64,000 bases of DNA from Candidatus Melainabacteria bacterium 17Bon1m (lineage in GTDB: Bacteria; Cyanobacteriota; Vampirovibrionia; Obscuribacterales; Obscuribacteraceae), in assembly GCA_032128875.1 (NCBI GenBank), contig JAVLKG010000010.1, forward strand, positions 32,001 to 96,000, read 5' to 3'. The position numbers were made by a program, and so were the translations under genes. Shown in pieces: positions 1-9,326 of the stretch. Under the pieces are notes generated by a model. The model saw only the letters and a list, made by a program, of their open reading frames with translations, was not told the DNA's origin and did no database searches. Numbering within the stretch: position 1 is the stretch's first letter; each line of letters opens with the position of its first letter.

Positions 1-2
1 CA

Positions 3-3000
3 AAACGCGCCGGCACCGTGACCAGCGTCACCGGCAAAGAAATTGTCATCACGCAACCTTCTGGCGAAAAGCGCTACTACCCACTCATTCGTTACGACAG
101 AACCAACCAAAACACTATCCTCGACCAACGCCCAGCAGTTAAGGTCGGACAGCAAATCGAAGCCGGTCAAATCATCGCTGACGGTCCTGGTATCGACCAA
201 GGTGAATTGGCACTAGGACGCAATTTGCTCGTAGCCTTCATGCCGTGGCGCGGTTACAACTTTGAGGATGCGATTGTCGTCAGAGAAGGTCTGGTCAAAG
301 ATCAAAAACTGACTCACATTGAAATTGAAAAACATTCGACCAACGTTTATCAAACTCTGCGCGGTCCTGAAATTCTCACGCCTGAAATGCCGAACGTTGC
401 AGGCAAAGACCTCGAGCACTTGGACGAACGCGGCATCGCCAAAATCGGCAGCTACGTCAATCCTGGTGATGTTTTGGTCTCCAAATTGACCCCGAAAGAA
501 GCTCGCGCTCTTTCTGCAGAAGAAGAACTCTTGCAAGCAGTATTCGGCAAAGTCGCCGAAGAAATGGCAGACAGCAGCCTGCGCGTACCGCACGGCTCCG
601 GCGGTCGCGTCATCGACATCCGCATCTTCACTCCGGAAACAACGCCGGAATTGAAAGCAGGCGTCATCTGCGAAATCGAAGTTCTCATCGCCAGACTCTG
701 CCCGGTTGAAGTGGGCGACAAGCTGGCAGGACGTCACGGAAACAAAGGCATCGTTTCAATCATTGTTCCGGATTGCGACATGCCCTACTTGCCGGACGGC
801 ACCCCTGTAGACCTCTGCTTGAACGCACTCGGCGTACCTTCCCGTATGAACGTCGGTCAGGTATTCGACGCTCAGTTGGGTCTCTACTCGCAGATTTTGA
901 ACCGCTATTACCGCATTCACCAATTCGACGAGTCACTCACCGAAGACGCATCCTTCCGCCTCATCAACGAAGCGCTCAAAGAAGCTCGCAAGATGCCCGG
1001 TTACGAATGGCTGCAAGCCAACGGCAAAGTGCAACTTTTCGACGGCAGAACCGGTGAGCCTTTCGATCGCCCGGTCTTGGTCGGTCGCCAGTACATGTTG
1101 AAGTTGAACCAACTCGTACTGCACAAAGTCAACGCTCGCTCCGGTCTCGGTGGACCGTACGCAGCAGTCACACAACAGCCGGTCGGCGGAAAAGCCAACC
1201 ACGGTGGACAAAGAATGGGCGAAATGGAAGTTTGGGCAATCCAAGCTTACGGCGCCGCCAATATCCTGCACGAGATGATGACCATCAAGGCAGACGATAT
1301 CCAGGGCAGACACCAAGCCTACGCCGATATGGTTCAAGGCAAGGAAATCACTGCCGGCGGACGCACCGCTGCATTCGACGGTCTGTGCTGCGAATTGCGC
1401 GGACTGGGCATGGAAGTCACTTTGGGCAAGATCGTCGACGATTTCGAACCCGTCGCAGACCGTTCTTGCAGCAAAGAACAAGCGCCCAAGACGCTCGAAG
1501 AAGAATATCAAGTCATGTCTGTGGACAAGGTGGAAGCGGCAGATGGCTCCAAGATCCTGGAAATTCCAGCAGGAGACTACGTGCCCCAAACCAAGCCACT
1601 GGCAGCACCAATCATCACGTCGCTCACCAACGGCAAAAACGGTTCCAAGCCGAAAATCGAAATCTCTCAAGAACCACTCATCGACGATATCGACGAGTCG
1701 GATTCGGAAGACGCCGAGGACGCTGGAGCAGCAGCCGACGGCTGGACCATCAGAATGCCAGTCAATCAACAGGCTCCGGCTTTCGATGCGACAAAGAGCT
1801 CCACTGCAATTCCGAGCATGCCCGGTTCGTTCGCCGCTGCGCCGTCAGAAGGTGTCACACCGCCTGCCGACGACAAGGTCAAGTCGATGTTGGATTCCTT
1901 TATAGAGGAACAAACCAAAGACGTCCTGGCCGGTCTCGACCTGGAAAACCTCGACCTGTCCAATCTGGACATGTTCGATTCGCTCGAAGCACAGGAAGCC
2001 CTCCTGGCGGCATTCGATGCCAAAGATCACAATGGCAACGACGAAGCAGAGCGTGGGGGCGCATTGCATGCGCCCAACCTGGGTGGCCATGTGTTGGGTC
2101 AACCAGTTCCACACAATCTGTTCGCCGATCAGCCTGCCCAGCCAATCAAAAATGAGCCTGTGCAACAACCATTGGATGGTTTTGGACCGCTCAGCATGCG
2201 CATCAATCAGCGCAATCCGAAGAATATCGAACAAGAAGCTCCGGCTTCGGAAAGCGAAGCTCGTGGGGGCGCGTTGCACGCGCCCGCGGAAAACGTTGAA
2301 CAAGTTTCAACCGAAGCGCCATCCGCTGTTCCAGTTGCTGAAGCTCCGGTAGCCGCTCCAATCGTTGAAGCTCCAGTAGCCGCTCCCGTCGTTGAAGCAC
2401 CAGTTGTCGAAGCCGCACCAGCGCCAGCTCCTGTAGCCGCAGCGCCAATATTCCTGCCCTTCCCGACTGCACAAGCACCGGCAACGCCAGCACCTGCGCC
2501 AGTTTCGGAACCAGTGGCAGAACAAGTATCCGAGACGGCTGTAGCACCAGTCACGGCTCCGGCACCCTCAATCGTGCCAGTAGTCAGAGCTTCGGCGCCT
2601 GTTCAACAGCCACAAGCTCCAGCAGTTCAACCTGAAGCTCCATTCGCTCCAGCAGCGCCTGTGATTCAAGCTGTAACGTCTGCTCCCGTGATTCAACCAA
2701 TCACGCCGGCACCTGCAGCACAGCCTGTAATCCAGCCGGTGACAGCAGCTCCACAGGCGAAAGCTCTGACAAACGAAAGCTTCGAGCCTTCGTTCGAGCC
2801 AACCACTGAGGACGAACCTGATTTCGGCTCTATCTTAAGTATGTCCATTCTGCAAACCGCCGACGCTACGGTAAGTCAAACACAGCCTGCAAGCCAGTCC
2901 GGATTGTCAGCTCTCGGCAACGAACTGACCCAGACCTCAGCACAGCCGCTAGTTGACTTCCCTTCGTTGACAGAACTGAAGTCGCTTGCCACCGAGCTCA

Positions 3001-3107
3001 TGAGCATGAACCTTGTGGACACTCGGGTGGGAGTAGGTGCCGGTAACGACGAAAAATTCGCAAATTCTTCGTCGAACCATGAGGAAACTACGAAAACAAG
3101 CGACTGA
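3..3107 (+). CDS. rpoB: Divergent RNA polymerase beta subunit (C-terminal part, 5'-truncated by the window) with a ~560-aa acidic, Pro/Ala-rich C-terminal extension
   Basis: RpoB motifs GELALGRN, GYNFEDAI, GDKLAGRHGNKG, GVPSRMNVGQ, DGRTGEPF and GGQRMGEMEVWA. The frame is open to the window edge. Homology ends near nt 1430 (ELRGLGMEVTLGK). No rpoC follows. Confidence 0.9.
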   Translation, partial: KRAGTVTSVTGKEIVITQPSGEKRYYPLIRYDRTNQNTILDQRPAVKVGQQIEAGQIIADGPGIDQGELALGRNLLVAFMPWRGYNFEDAIVVREGLVKDQKLTHIEIEKHSTNVYQTLRGPEILTPEMPNVAGKDLEHLDERGIAKIGSYVNPGDVLVSKLTPKEARALSAEEELLQAVFGKVAEEMADSSLRVPHGSGGRVIDIRIFTPETTPELKAGVICEIEVLIARLCPVEVGDKLAGRHGNKGIVSIIVPDCDMPYLPDGTPVDLCLNALGVPSRMNVGQVFDAQLGLYSQILNRYYRIHQFDESLTEDASFRLINEALKEARKMPGYEWLQANGKVQLFDGRTGEPFDRPVLVGRQYMLKLNQLVLHKVNARSGLGGPYAAVTQQPVGGKANHGGQRMGEMEVWAIQAYGAANILHEMMTIKADDIQGRHQAYADMVQGKEITAGGRTAAFDGLCCELRGLGMEVTLGKIVDDFEPVADRSCSKEQAPKTLEEEYQVMSVDKVEAADGSKILEIPAGDYVPQTKPLAAPIITSLTNGKNGSKPKIEISQEPLIDDIDESDSEDAEDAGAAADGWTIRMPVNQQAPAFDATKSSTAIPSMPGSFAAAPSEGVTPPADDKVKSMLDSFIEEQTKDVLAGLDLENLDLSNLDMFDSLEAQEALLAAFDAKDHNGNDEAERGGALHAPNLGGHVLGQPVPHNLFADQPAQPIKNEPVQQPLDGFGPLSMRINQRNPKNIEQEAPASESEARGGALHAPAENVEQVSTEAPSAVPVAEAPVAAPIVEAPVAAPVVEAPVVEAAPAPAPVAAAPIFLPFPTAQAPATPAPAPVSEPVAEQVSETAVAPVTAPAPSIVPVVRASAPVQQPQAPAVQPEAPFAPAAPVIQAVTSAPVIQPITPAPAAQPVIQPVTAAPQAKALTNESFEPSFEPTTEDEPDFGSILSMSILQTADATVSQTQPASQSGLSALGNELTQTSAQPLVDFPSLTELKSLATELMSMNLVDTRVGVGAGNDEKFANSSSNHEETTKTSD
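2052..2075 (+). repeat. REP-like palindrome read in-frame inside the RpoB tail (RGGALHAP)
   Basis: cgtgggggcgcattgcatgcgccc, same family as the intergenic copies. Confidence 0.85.
2262..2285 (+). repeat. REP-like palindrome read in-frame inside the RpoB tail (RGGALHAP)
   Basis: cgtgggggcgcgttgcacgcgccc, identical to the copies at 5821 and 29881. Confidence 0.85.
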
Positions 3108-3184
3108 AGTGGGTAATCTCCCCATTGGATCCTCGTGAGTATTTCGTCATTATGTACTCACAAACCGATGGAGGAAGTCCCTAG

Positions 3185-4162
3185 ATGGCGACGCAAGAGA
3201 GCACCTTTAGAAATACGGCAAAAGCGATTCTCGTCGCATGCCTCGTTTCTGTCGGTATTTCCTTCGCTGTTCCTCAAAGTTCTTCCGCACAGTTTGCACA
3301 ACCGCTGCCTCCCTATCAGGCACCGCCGGAAGGCGCACCGCCTCCGATCGGCGACGGCAGCACCCCGCTCCAAGTTGAGCCGGGCGATGTGCAAGCACCA
3401 CCTTCGGTTCCATCTGGTGCAGCTGATTCGACTCCGGGACACAACTTCCCGGTAGGCAACGGCAGCAACAGAAGCGTTGTCCGCATCTATCGCCAGCGCG
3501 CTGGCGGTGCAACTGGACAAAATCGTGGCGAAGGCATGGTTCAAACGATCCGCCCTGATCAACTCTCGGCAGATCAAATCAGCCAAATTAATGGCATTCT
3601 CGGAATTAACATGCTGAACGGTCAAGATTCGCAAGATGTTCAAGCATCCAACGATCAAATTGAGCAAGTACAGAACGTTCTGTTCCCGTACCCACAAGCT
3701 CAAGACCAAGGCGGCAAGAAGTTCATCAACAGTGATGCTCCTGCACAAGGCTATCCAAAAGCCGGTCAAGAGAGCAGCTATGAATTCCAAGGTCCGCTTC
3801 CAACAGTAAGAACATTCTGCCGTTACCTGGTGATACTAGGTGTGGTGAGTGCCACCATCTGGATGGCTTTGTCAATGTACGCGATGGTCATGGGACACCC
3901 TTACGGCGGTGCACGTGTAGTCGGCTCGATAGCTGGATTCATGCTGCTCCTCATGGGCTACACCATCTGGAAGATTGTGCAGATGAACACCTTCAATGCG
4001 ATGAGTGACAGACCTGCAATCGTTCAGAACAGACCGAATGATGCGCAATCAAATCAAATGAATGCGCCGGATTTACCGCCCAACAATCCTGGGGCGGGTG
4101 GCGGAAGACCAAACAGGTCAGGCGTGCCGGTTATGCCTCTGTACAACGCGCAAAACCCATAA
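3185..4162 (+). CDS. Exported/membrane protein with a Pro/Gln-rich region and a C-terminal two-helix TrbC/VirB2-pilin-like segment
   Basis: Signal peptide (…PQSSSA). Two hydrophobic helices joined by a short G-H-P-Y-G-G loop. The pilin resemblance is by eye only. Confidence 0.55.
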   Translation: MATQESTFRNTAKAILVACLVSVGISFAVPQSSSAQFAQPLPPYQAPPEGAPPPIGDGSTPLQVEPGDVQAPPSVPSGAADSTPGHNFPVGNGSNRSVVRIYRQRAGGATGQNRGEGMVQTIRPDQLSADQISQINGILGINMLNGQDSQDVQASNDQIEQVQNVLFPYPQAQDQGGKKFINSDAPAQGYPKAGQESSYEFQGPLPTVRTFCRYLVILGVVSATIWMALSMYAMVMGHPYGGARVVGSIAGFMLLLMGYTIWKIVQMNTFNAMSDRPAIVQNRPNDAQSNQMNAPDLPPNNPGAGGGRPNRSGVPVMPLYNAQNP

Positions 4163-4256
4163 GGCTTGAAACAAGCGAATCGGTAAGCGACAGAGCAAGT
4201 TCTTAGACATCTAAAACATCGTCTAGTAGAAACACGTAGTTCGAAGGGACACAGCA

Positions 4257-4961
4257 ATGGCATTGGGTAATACAGCTAATTTGATTCTCGCGGCAGTTGC
4301 GGCCTCGACCCTCACTTTGTCTGTTGCCGCACCGCAAGCTCAAGCCGGTCGTCCTAGTCAATCAGACTACTTCGCGACTGGTGGACATAGTGTTCCACCT
4401 GCAAAACCAGCACCGGCTCAAGACAACAGCAAGTATCCGAAAAACACCGATCCGCTCGCAGGACGCCAAGGCGCCGGAGCACTGTACTCGGACAAGTCTC
4501 CTCAATTAGATTGGTTCGAAATCTTCGATGAGTACGTTTGGACACTGCTACCAAATGAAGAAGACAAATCAGTTCTTTCCCGACCAATCAACAACGAACT
4601 GGAAAGAGTGCAGGACTACATCAAAGTTTGCTCAAAGATTTCCAAGAACTATAGAACTCTAGCAATCAACGTTCGAAAACTTCCAGTACCGCCAAACAGC
4701 CCAGGGCTCAATAAATATCAAACTCTGAAAGCTGACTTCTATGTAGATATGGCGACGGTATACGAAGACTTGATTCGACCAAGAAAAACTAGAACACAAG
4801 AAGAATTACAAGCGCAGCTTCAAGACATCAAAGAAAGAGCAGAGCAACTAAAGGTAAACAGTAACAACCTGCTCACCATGGACATGGACCTTAGACGAAC
4901 CTTCCGAGTACACCAGCCGAAACGCACAGATGCCTTGAGGCGATACGTAGAAAACAAGTAA
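4257..4961 (+). CDS. Hypothetical exported helical protein
   Basis: Signal peptide ending AQA, coiled-coil-like C-terminus, RBS-like AAGGGA upstream. Confidence 0.75.
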   Translation: MALGNTANLILAAVAASTLTLSVAAPQAQAGRPSQSDYFATGGHSVPPAKPAPAQDNSKYPKNTDPLAGRQGAGALYSDKSPQLDWFEIFDEYVWTLLPNEEDKSVLSRPINNELERVQDYIKVCSKISKNYRTLAINVRKLPVPPNSPGLNKYQTLKADFYVDMATVYEDLIRPRKTRTQEELQAQLQDIKERAEQLKVNSNNLLTMDMDLRRTFRVHQPKRTDALRRYVENK

Positions 4962-5037
4962 CGGTAACAACAGCTCCTAATTCGCACCCCCGCGAATCTC
5001 TCTTTCACCCAATCACACCCGCAGAGGACGCACCCAA

Positions 5038-5814
5038 ATGGCTATCCAACTCAACGACAGAGATCTCCTGATCTTCCAATTGATTGATGAGCACAGGGTC
5101 CTGCTTGAAAAACATATTTCCTGGTTTATTTCCGGCGAAGACAAGCCTGTTCTTATCCGCGATCGCCTACGGAAGTTGTTCTATCTGGACTACCTGCTCT
5201 GCCACCGTCACGGCACCAAACTTCCCTGGTGGACAACGCCCACCAAGCCGCTCGTATACATGCTCTCTGGCATCAGCCGCTCAGCAGCCAATGTTGGCGA
5301 AGAAGAGCTTGACCTTTATGACAGCGAAATTCAACGTCACTTCCTCGAAGTAGCCAACCTGAGAATGCTTGGCCTCATCGATCAGAAAGACGAGAAGCTC
5401 TCGAAATTCACCTGGACGACAGTGAAAACTGAAAAGCCCGGCAAGACCGTCGACGCTTTCGTCACCTTCGTTCAAAACGCAAGAACTCACAAGATCGCCA
5501 TCGTCAACCATGCGACCGCAACAACTGAATTGATTCCTTCGATTGACGAAGCCATCAAATCCGGTGCCGAACATGTGTTGCTCGTATCACGCGATGACGC
5601 TCACCAGGCTGCTTTGCAAAAGATTGTTGCACAAAGTGGATCGATCAACATCAAGCGCTGCTTGTTTGCGACCCACCATGAAATCTATCGCGAAGGTTTG
5701 ATCACCACCGCGTGGACTACATGCGACAACGCCAAAGCAACCGTGTTTGCAAAGCCTGTGGAAGCTGCTCCGACAACCAACTGGGCAACCATGCCGGTAG
5801 CAACAGCCGTGTAA
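5038..5814 (+). CDS. Replication-relaxation (Replic_Relax)-like winged-helix protein, nuclease motif apparently degenerate
   Basis: The N-terminus LNDRDLLIFQLIDEHRVL…IRDRLRKL matches the family pattern. The VDA motif is present, but the downstream acidic residues are missing. GAGG RBS. Confidence 0.55.
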   Translation: MAIQLNDRDLLIFQLIDEHRVLLEKHISWFISGEDKPVLIRDRLRKLFYLDYLLCHRHGTKLPWWTTPTKPLVYMLSGISRSAANVGEEELDLYDSEIQRHFLEVANLRMLGLIDQKDEKLSKFTWTTVKTEKPGKTVDAFVTFVQNARTHKIAIVNHATATTELIPSIDEAIKSGAEHVLLVSRDDAHQAALQKIVAQSGSINIKRCLFATHHEIYREGLITTAWTTCDNAKATVFAKPVEAAPTTNWATMPVATAV

Positions 5815-5820
5815 GAGTGG

Positions 5821-5898
5821 CGTGGGGGCGCGTTGCACGCGCCCAACTGTAGGGGCGCATTATGCGCCGAGTTGTAGGGGCGATGCAGTGCGTCGCCC
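5821..5898 (+). repeat. Cluster of three REP-like palindromes
   Basis: cgtgggggcgcgttgcacgcgccc, gtaggggcgcattatgcgcc and gtaggggcgatgcagtgcgtcgccc, directly after the stop codon. Confidence 0.85.
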
Positions 5899-6206
5899 GG
5901 TCCGAAAGACAAAGATTGAAATAACCAACCTATTTCGATTACTGAACCTTCCGGACCACCGAAGCTGACCGCTATGCTAGCAACTTGCGCAACGCGTAGC
6001 ACTCTTGGATTTTGACCCAAGGCGTCACATCGGGGTATGCGAATGAGCATCTGGTATGCGGAGTAATTTAAAAAACTCCCTCCTGAAAGCGTGGCAACTA
6101 CATACCTGTAATCTCCGATGTGTTTACTAGATAGAAAACTGAATACAGATCACAACCTTTTCGTGATAGGTTGGAATAACGACGTCTGCCTCGAAGAGGG
6201 TGCGCC

Positions 6207-7355
6207 ATGATCAATCCGGCGAATTTGGGTAATCTTCCAACGCCTGTTGGCACTTTTGCGACGGTTTTTCTTTCGCTACTCGCAGTTGTCACTTCGCCTT
6301 TTCTTGTGCCGCTGCATGATCATTTGGAATGGCAACACATTTCTCATGTAGAAATTAAAGCTGGTCATCTGTCGCACTTTCAGTTTGGAAAAGAAGAGTT
6401 TGATGCTTGCGAAATTTACTGGCGGAACGAACTAAAGTGGCATTTGATTGATAAAACACATGACCGACTGTATGGAATCGCTAACGTTAGATTGGCAGAT
6501 GTTCTATGCAGAAAGTCCCGCTATTATGGACTACCAATTCCTGCCGAGCTAGAAGCACTCTACATTGAAGGTCTCAAGGTCGAAGAAGCACTGGACGAAG
6601 AACCTGGCCATCTGGCTAATGCAGCCGAGGCACTAGCAAATTTTTATCAGTTGCGAAAGAGATATGTCGATTCCGAGAATATTTTGAAGACTAAGTTGGC
6701 TTCGTTGAAAAACCCATACGCACATCGGGGGATGGAAATTATTACTCAACTCGGTGATCAATATATTGAACAGAAACGCTATCAAGAAGCAGTTACGCTT
6801 TGGACTGAAACATTTTCAAAACGGAAAAAATTTGCCGCCTTTAAGTGGGAAGACCCATTTTATCTCTGCGAACTTGCTCGCGCGTATCACGGAATGGGTG
6901 ATTATTCGCACGTGATCGCAATCTGCGAAAAAGCCCTGCGCTATGGAAATTCAGCAAACACGCAGCTCCGTCCATACCTTGCAAATGCGCTACACAAACT
7001 AGGTAGAGACGAAGAAGCAATCTCACATTACTCTCGAGATCTCAAATTTGAGAGGGAACGGAGAGGATGGACAAGGATCGGAGACAAATTTGTAATGAGC
7101 GCAACTCCTCTCCCAGACACACAAACTGGTGCAGGAAGTGATTTGTTTGCTCTTGGAGAAATTTATTTTGAACAAAGGCAATACGCCAAGGCAGAGCCAT
7201 TATTAGTGGAAGCACTAGACATCGGCAATAGAAAACTCAAAGAAGAACAGCCGGCATTTGTTCGAGAATCAGAGACCGAATGGGTGGCAAAGGTCCAACA
7301 CACCTTGGAAAAGCTCCACAAATGCCAGGGACGAGCTTCCAATACCAAGTTTTGA
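6207..7355 (+). CDS. Membrane-anchored tetratricopeptide repeat protein
   Basis: N-terminal hydrophobic segment and TPR-like helices (LGEIYFEQRQYAKAEPLLVEAL). Confidence 0.75.
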   Translation: MINPANLGNLPTPVGTFATVFLSLLAVVTSPFLVPLHDHLEWQHISHVEIKAGHLSHFQFGKEEFDACEIYWRNELKWHLIDKTHDRLYGIANVRLADVLCRKSRYYGLPIPAELEALYIEGLKVEEALDEEPGHLANAAEALANFYQLRKRYVDSENILKTKLASLKNPYAHRGMEIITQLGDQYIEQKRYQEAVTLWTETFSKRKKFAAFKWEDPFYLCELARAYHGMGDYSHVIAICEKALRYGNSANTQLRPYLANALHKLGRDEEAISHYSRDLKFERERRGWTRIGDKFVMSATPLPDTQTGAGSDLFALGEIYFEQRQYAKAEPLLVEALDIGNRKLKEEQPAFVRESETEWVAKVQHTLEKLHKCQGRASNTKF

Positions 7356-7401
7356 AGCGGATTTCGGATTAACCCCTTTTAGACGCAAACATTGTCGTTA
7401 A

Positions 7402-8961
7402 TTACCGCCCCGGGGAACGTGTGCGCAGCGCAGCTTCGACATTCTGCCGCAGGCGCGTTGGCAAACTTCCCGCAAGTGCGGTTATTCTTTGGCGTGCAGT
7501 ATCTCTATCCGCGCGGACTTCGGGTGAGAATGCCGTGCCGCCGGCCGACTCGACAAGTTGCCAGCGCTCTACATAAGCGCGGGTCAACCTAGTAAGGTTG
7601 CGAGCAAATTCCGCTTGCGACATGCTTCCGCGCGCGCTAACGAGTCTGTCGAGTAGTTCGTTTGCTCTCACTACGTTCGTTGCGCGGTAAAAGGTATCCA
7701 AGCTCACGGGGCGATCGTTTCGATCTGACTCAGGGCCGTATTGGTCGTCATATCGCACAGTGCGCGTTACTGGATCGTATCCAGTGATGGTGACAAAATG
7801 ACCGTCGTTGAAAATGTTATCGGGCACCTCAGCGCGCTGCCGCAGAGTTTCACGATTAATCGGCCGAGTTTCACCACTAGTTGACTGAGTAAGCAACTCG
7901 CTATTTGCGTGCACAAAAACAACTGCAGGCATCCGACCAGAGCTTGCGAGGCGTTCCAAAGTCTGTCCAAGATCATCAGCACTAGCGAAGGTAGCCGCGC
8001 GCGAAGAGGTTCTTCCATGTCGCTCCTGACTCACGATGAAAGCGTCGGCCTCATCTCTTCGCCCCGTAATGCTTTCATTGGCAGCGATCAAGCCGTTCGG
8101 TCTGCCGGCGGCGCCTGGCTCTCGCTCAACCACACGCCCGGAGCGAACATCCACCAGCGCCTCACCGAAGTCGCCTCTGCTCTGAGGCGGACGCTGCTCA
8201 TATCTCATCGAGCGAAAATCGCGATCCAAAATATTAGCTATGTTAGCTGCCGTTACTTGAAACAACTGGCTGGCAAAATTGCGGCGGCTTGGCTCTTGCT
8301 CAAGCTCGGTGGTGCCCAACACCGATGGAGTCAGGCTACGATTATCGAGACGCACCGTGGTGCCATCATGACAGGAGAAAGAACCGCGTGTCGCGACATC
8401 GGCTACGAGAGCAGCAGCAGCGGAAGGTTGCCGCATGTATGTGCGTACCTCTAAGGATGTGACGTTGCAGGTGTTTTCGTTTTGCCGAATCTCAGTCGGA
8501 CGCGCGGCATTGTGCATCACCTGAGAAGCCAGAGCAAGTCTTTCTGCGCGTGCAAGACGAGCGTCAGAACCAGCATCTAGTATGCGCGACACTTGTCTGA
8601 ATGTCTCGGCGATTTCCCTTTCACTTATGCCGGATGATCTCGCACGCTCTGTAAATGAGTCCATATCGCGGGAAAAACGTTCACCACGCGCCCGCAATTC
8701 AGGAGTCGAATAAGATTCAGAAACTTGGCGTCGAAGGGCGCTTTCAGGGGTTTCGGCAACTCTAGCTGATTCGTTCGGTACGTCGACTAACTCAAGGCGA
8801 GGCAAGGATGTCGGAAGGGAAGACACTTCATGCCGCGCATGAATGTTTCGGAATTCAGTTCTGTCGATATCGTTAATCGATAAGGCAGGAGTTCTGGAAG
8901 CTGCGCGTTCTCCTTCACCGGCTTGGCGCGCTTCGGGACGAAACTGTAGTTCGTTTGGCAT
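7402..8961 (-). CDS. Hypothetical protein with a C39/papain-like cysteine peptidase signature
   Basis: QNENTCNVTSLE (Cys) … GHFVTITGYD (His) … YDDQYG. Start placed at MPNELQ. Confidence 0.6.
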   Translation of the reverse strand: MPNELQFRPEARQAGEGERAASRTPALSINDIDRTEFRNIHARHEVSSLPTSLPRLELVDVPNESARVAETPESALRRQVSESYSTPELRARGERFSRDMDSFTERARSSGISEREIAETFRQVSRILDAGSDARLARAERLALASQVMHNAARPTEIRQNENTCNVTSLEVRTYMRQPSAAAALVADVATRGSFSCHDGTTVRLDNRSLTPSVLGTTELEQEPSRRNFASQLFQVTAANIANILDRDFRSMRYEQRPPQSRGDFGEALVDVRSGRVVEREPGAAGRPNGLIAANESITGRRDEADAFIVSQERHGRTSSRAATFASADDLGQTLERLASSGRMPAVVFVHANSELLTQSTSGETRPINRETLRQRAEVPDNIFNDGHFVTITGYDPVTRTVRYDDQYGPESDRNDRPVSLDTFYRATNVVRANELLDRLVSARGSMSQAEFARNLTRLTRAYVERWQLVESAGGTAFSPEVRADRDTARQRITALAGSLPTRLRQNVEAALRTRSPGR

Positions 8962-9326
8962 GGTTAATCCAGGGGATGCAATCGAACGAAAACAGCCACC
9001 CCGCATGAAGTGCTGCGAAGCAAACGATGAAATTCGATTGGCTTTTAGAAACTGGTGCGGGTGCGCGATGTCACTACAACATCAATACCGAACTGTTGTG
9101 ACATGAAGGTAACATTTCCGGCTCGCGTAAGATTCCGGCATTAAATCTGGTAGCTCTGTACGCCATTCACTTCATATTTTGCCGGTCAGTGGCGATGTTT
9201 CCCCCATGTCAAACTGGCGCTTTATTGTCTCCATGCAGGCATTCACATCTGCCCCCACCAACTTCCCTCAAGCTTGCCTGGTTCGACAAACCGTGCGCGG
9301 CTTGCTTTTACCTTACAGGTCTTTAC

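Noticed and set aside
1232-2155. 307-aa alternative-frame ORF inside rpoB, and other long shadow ORFs (e.g. 933..1769, 55741..56592)
   Set aside because: They overlap well-supported genes and have no motifs, as expected from codon bias.
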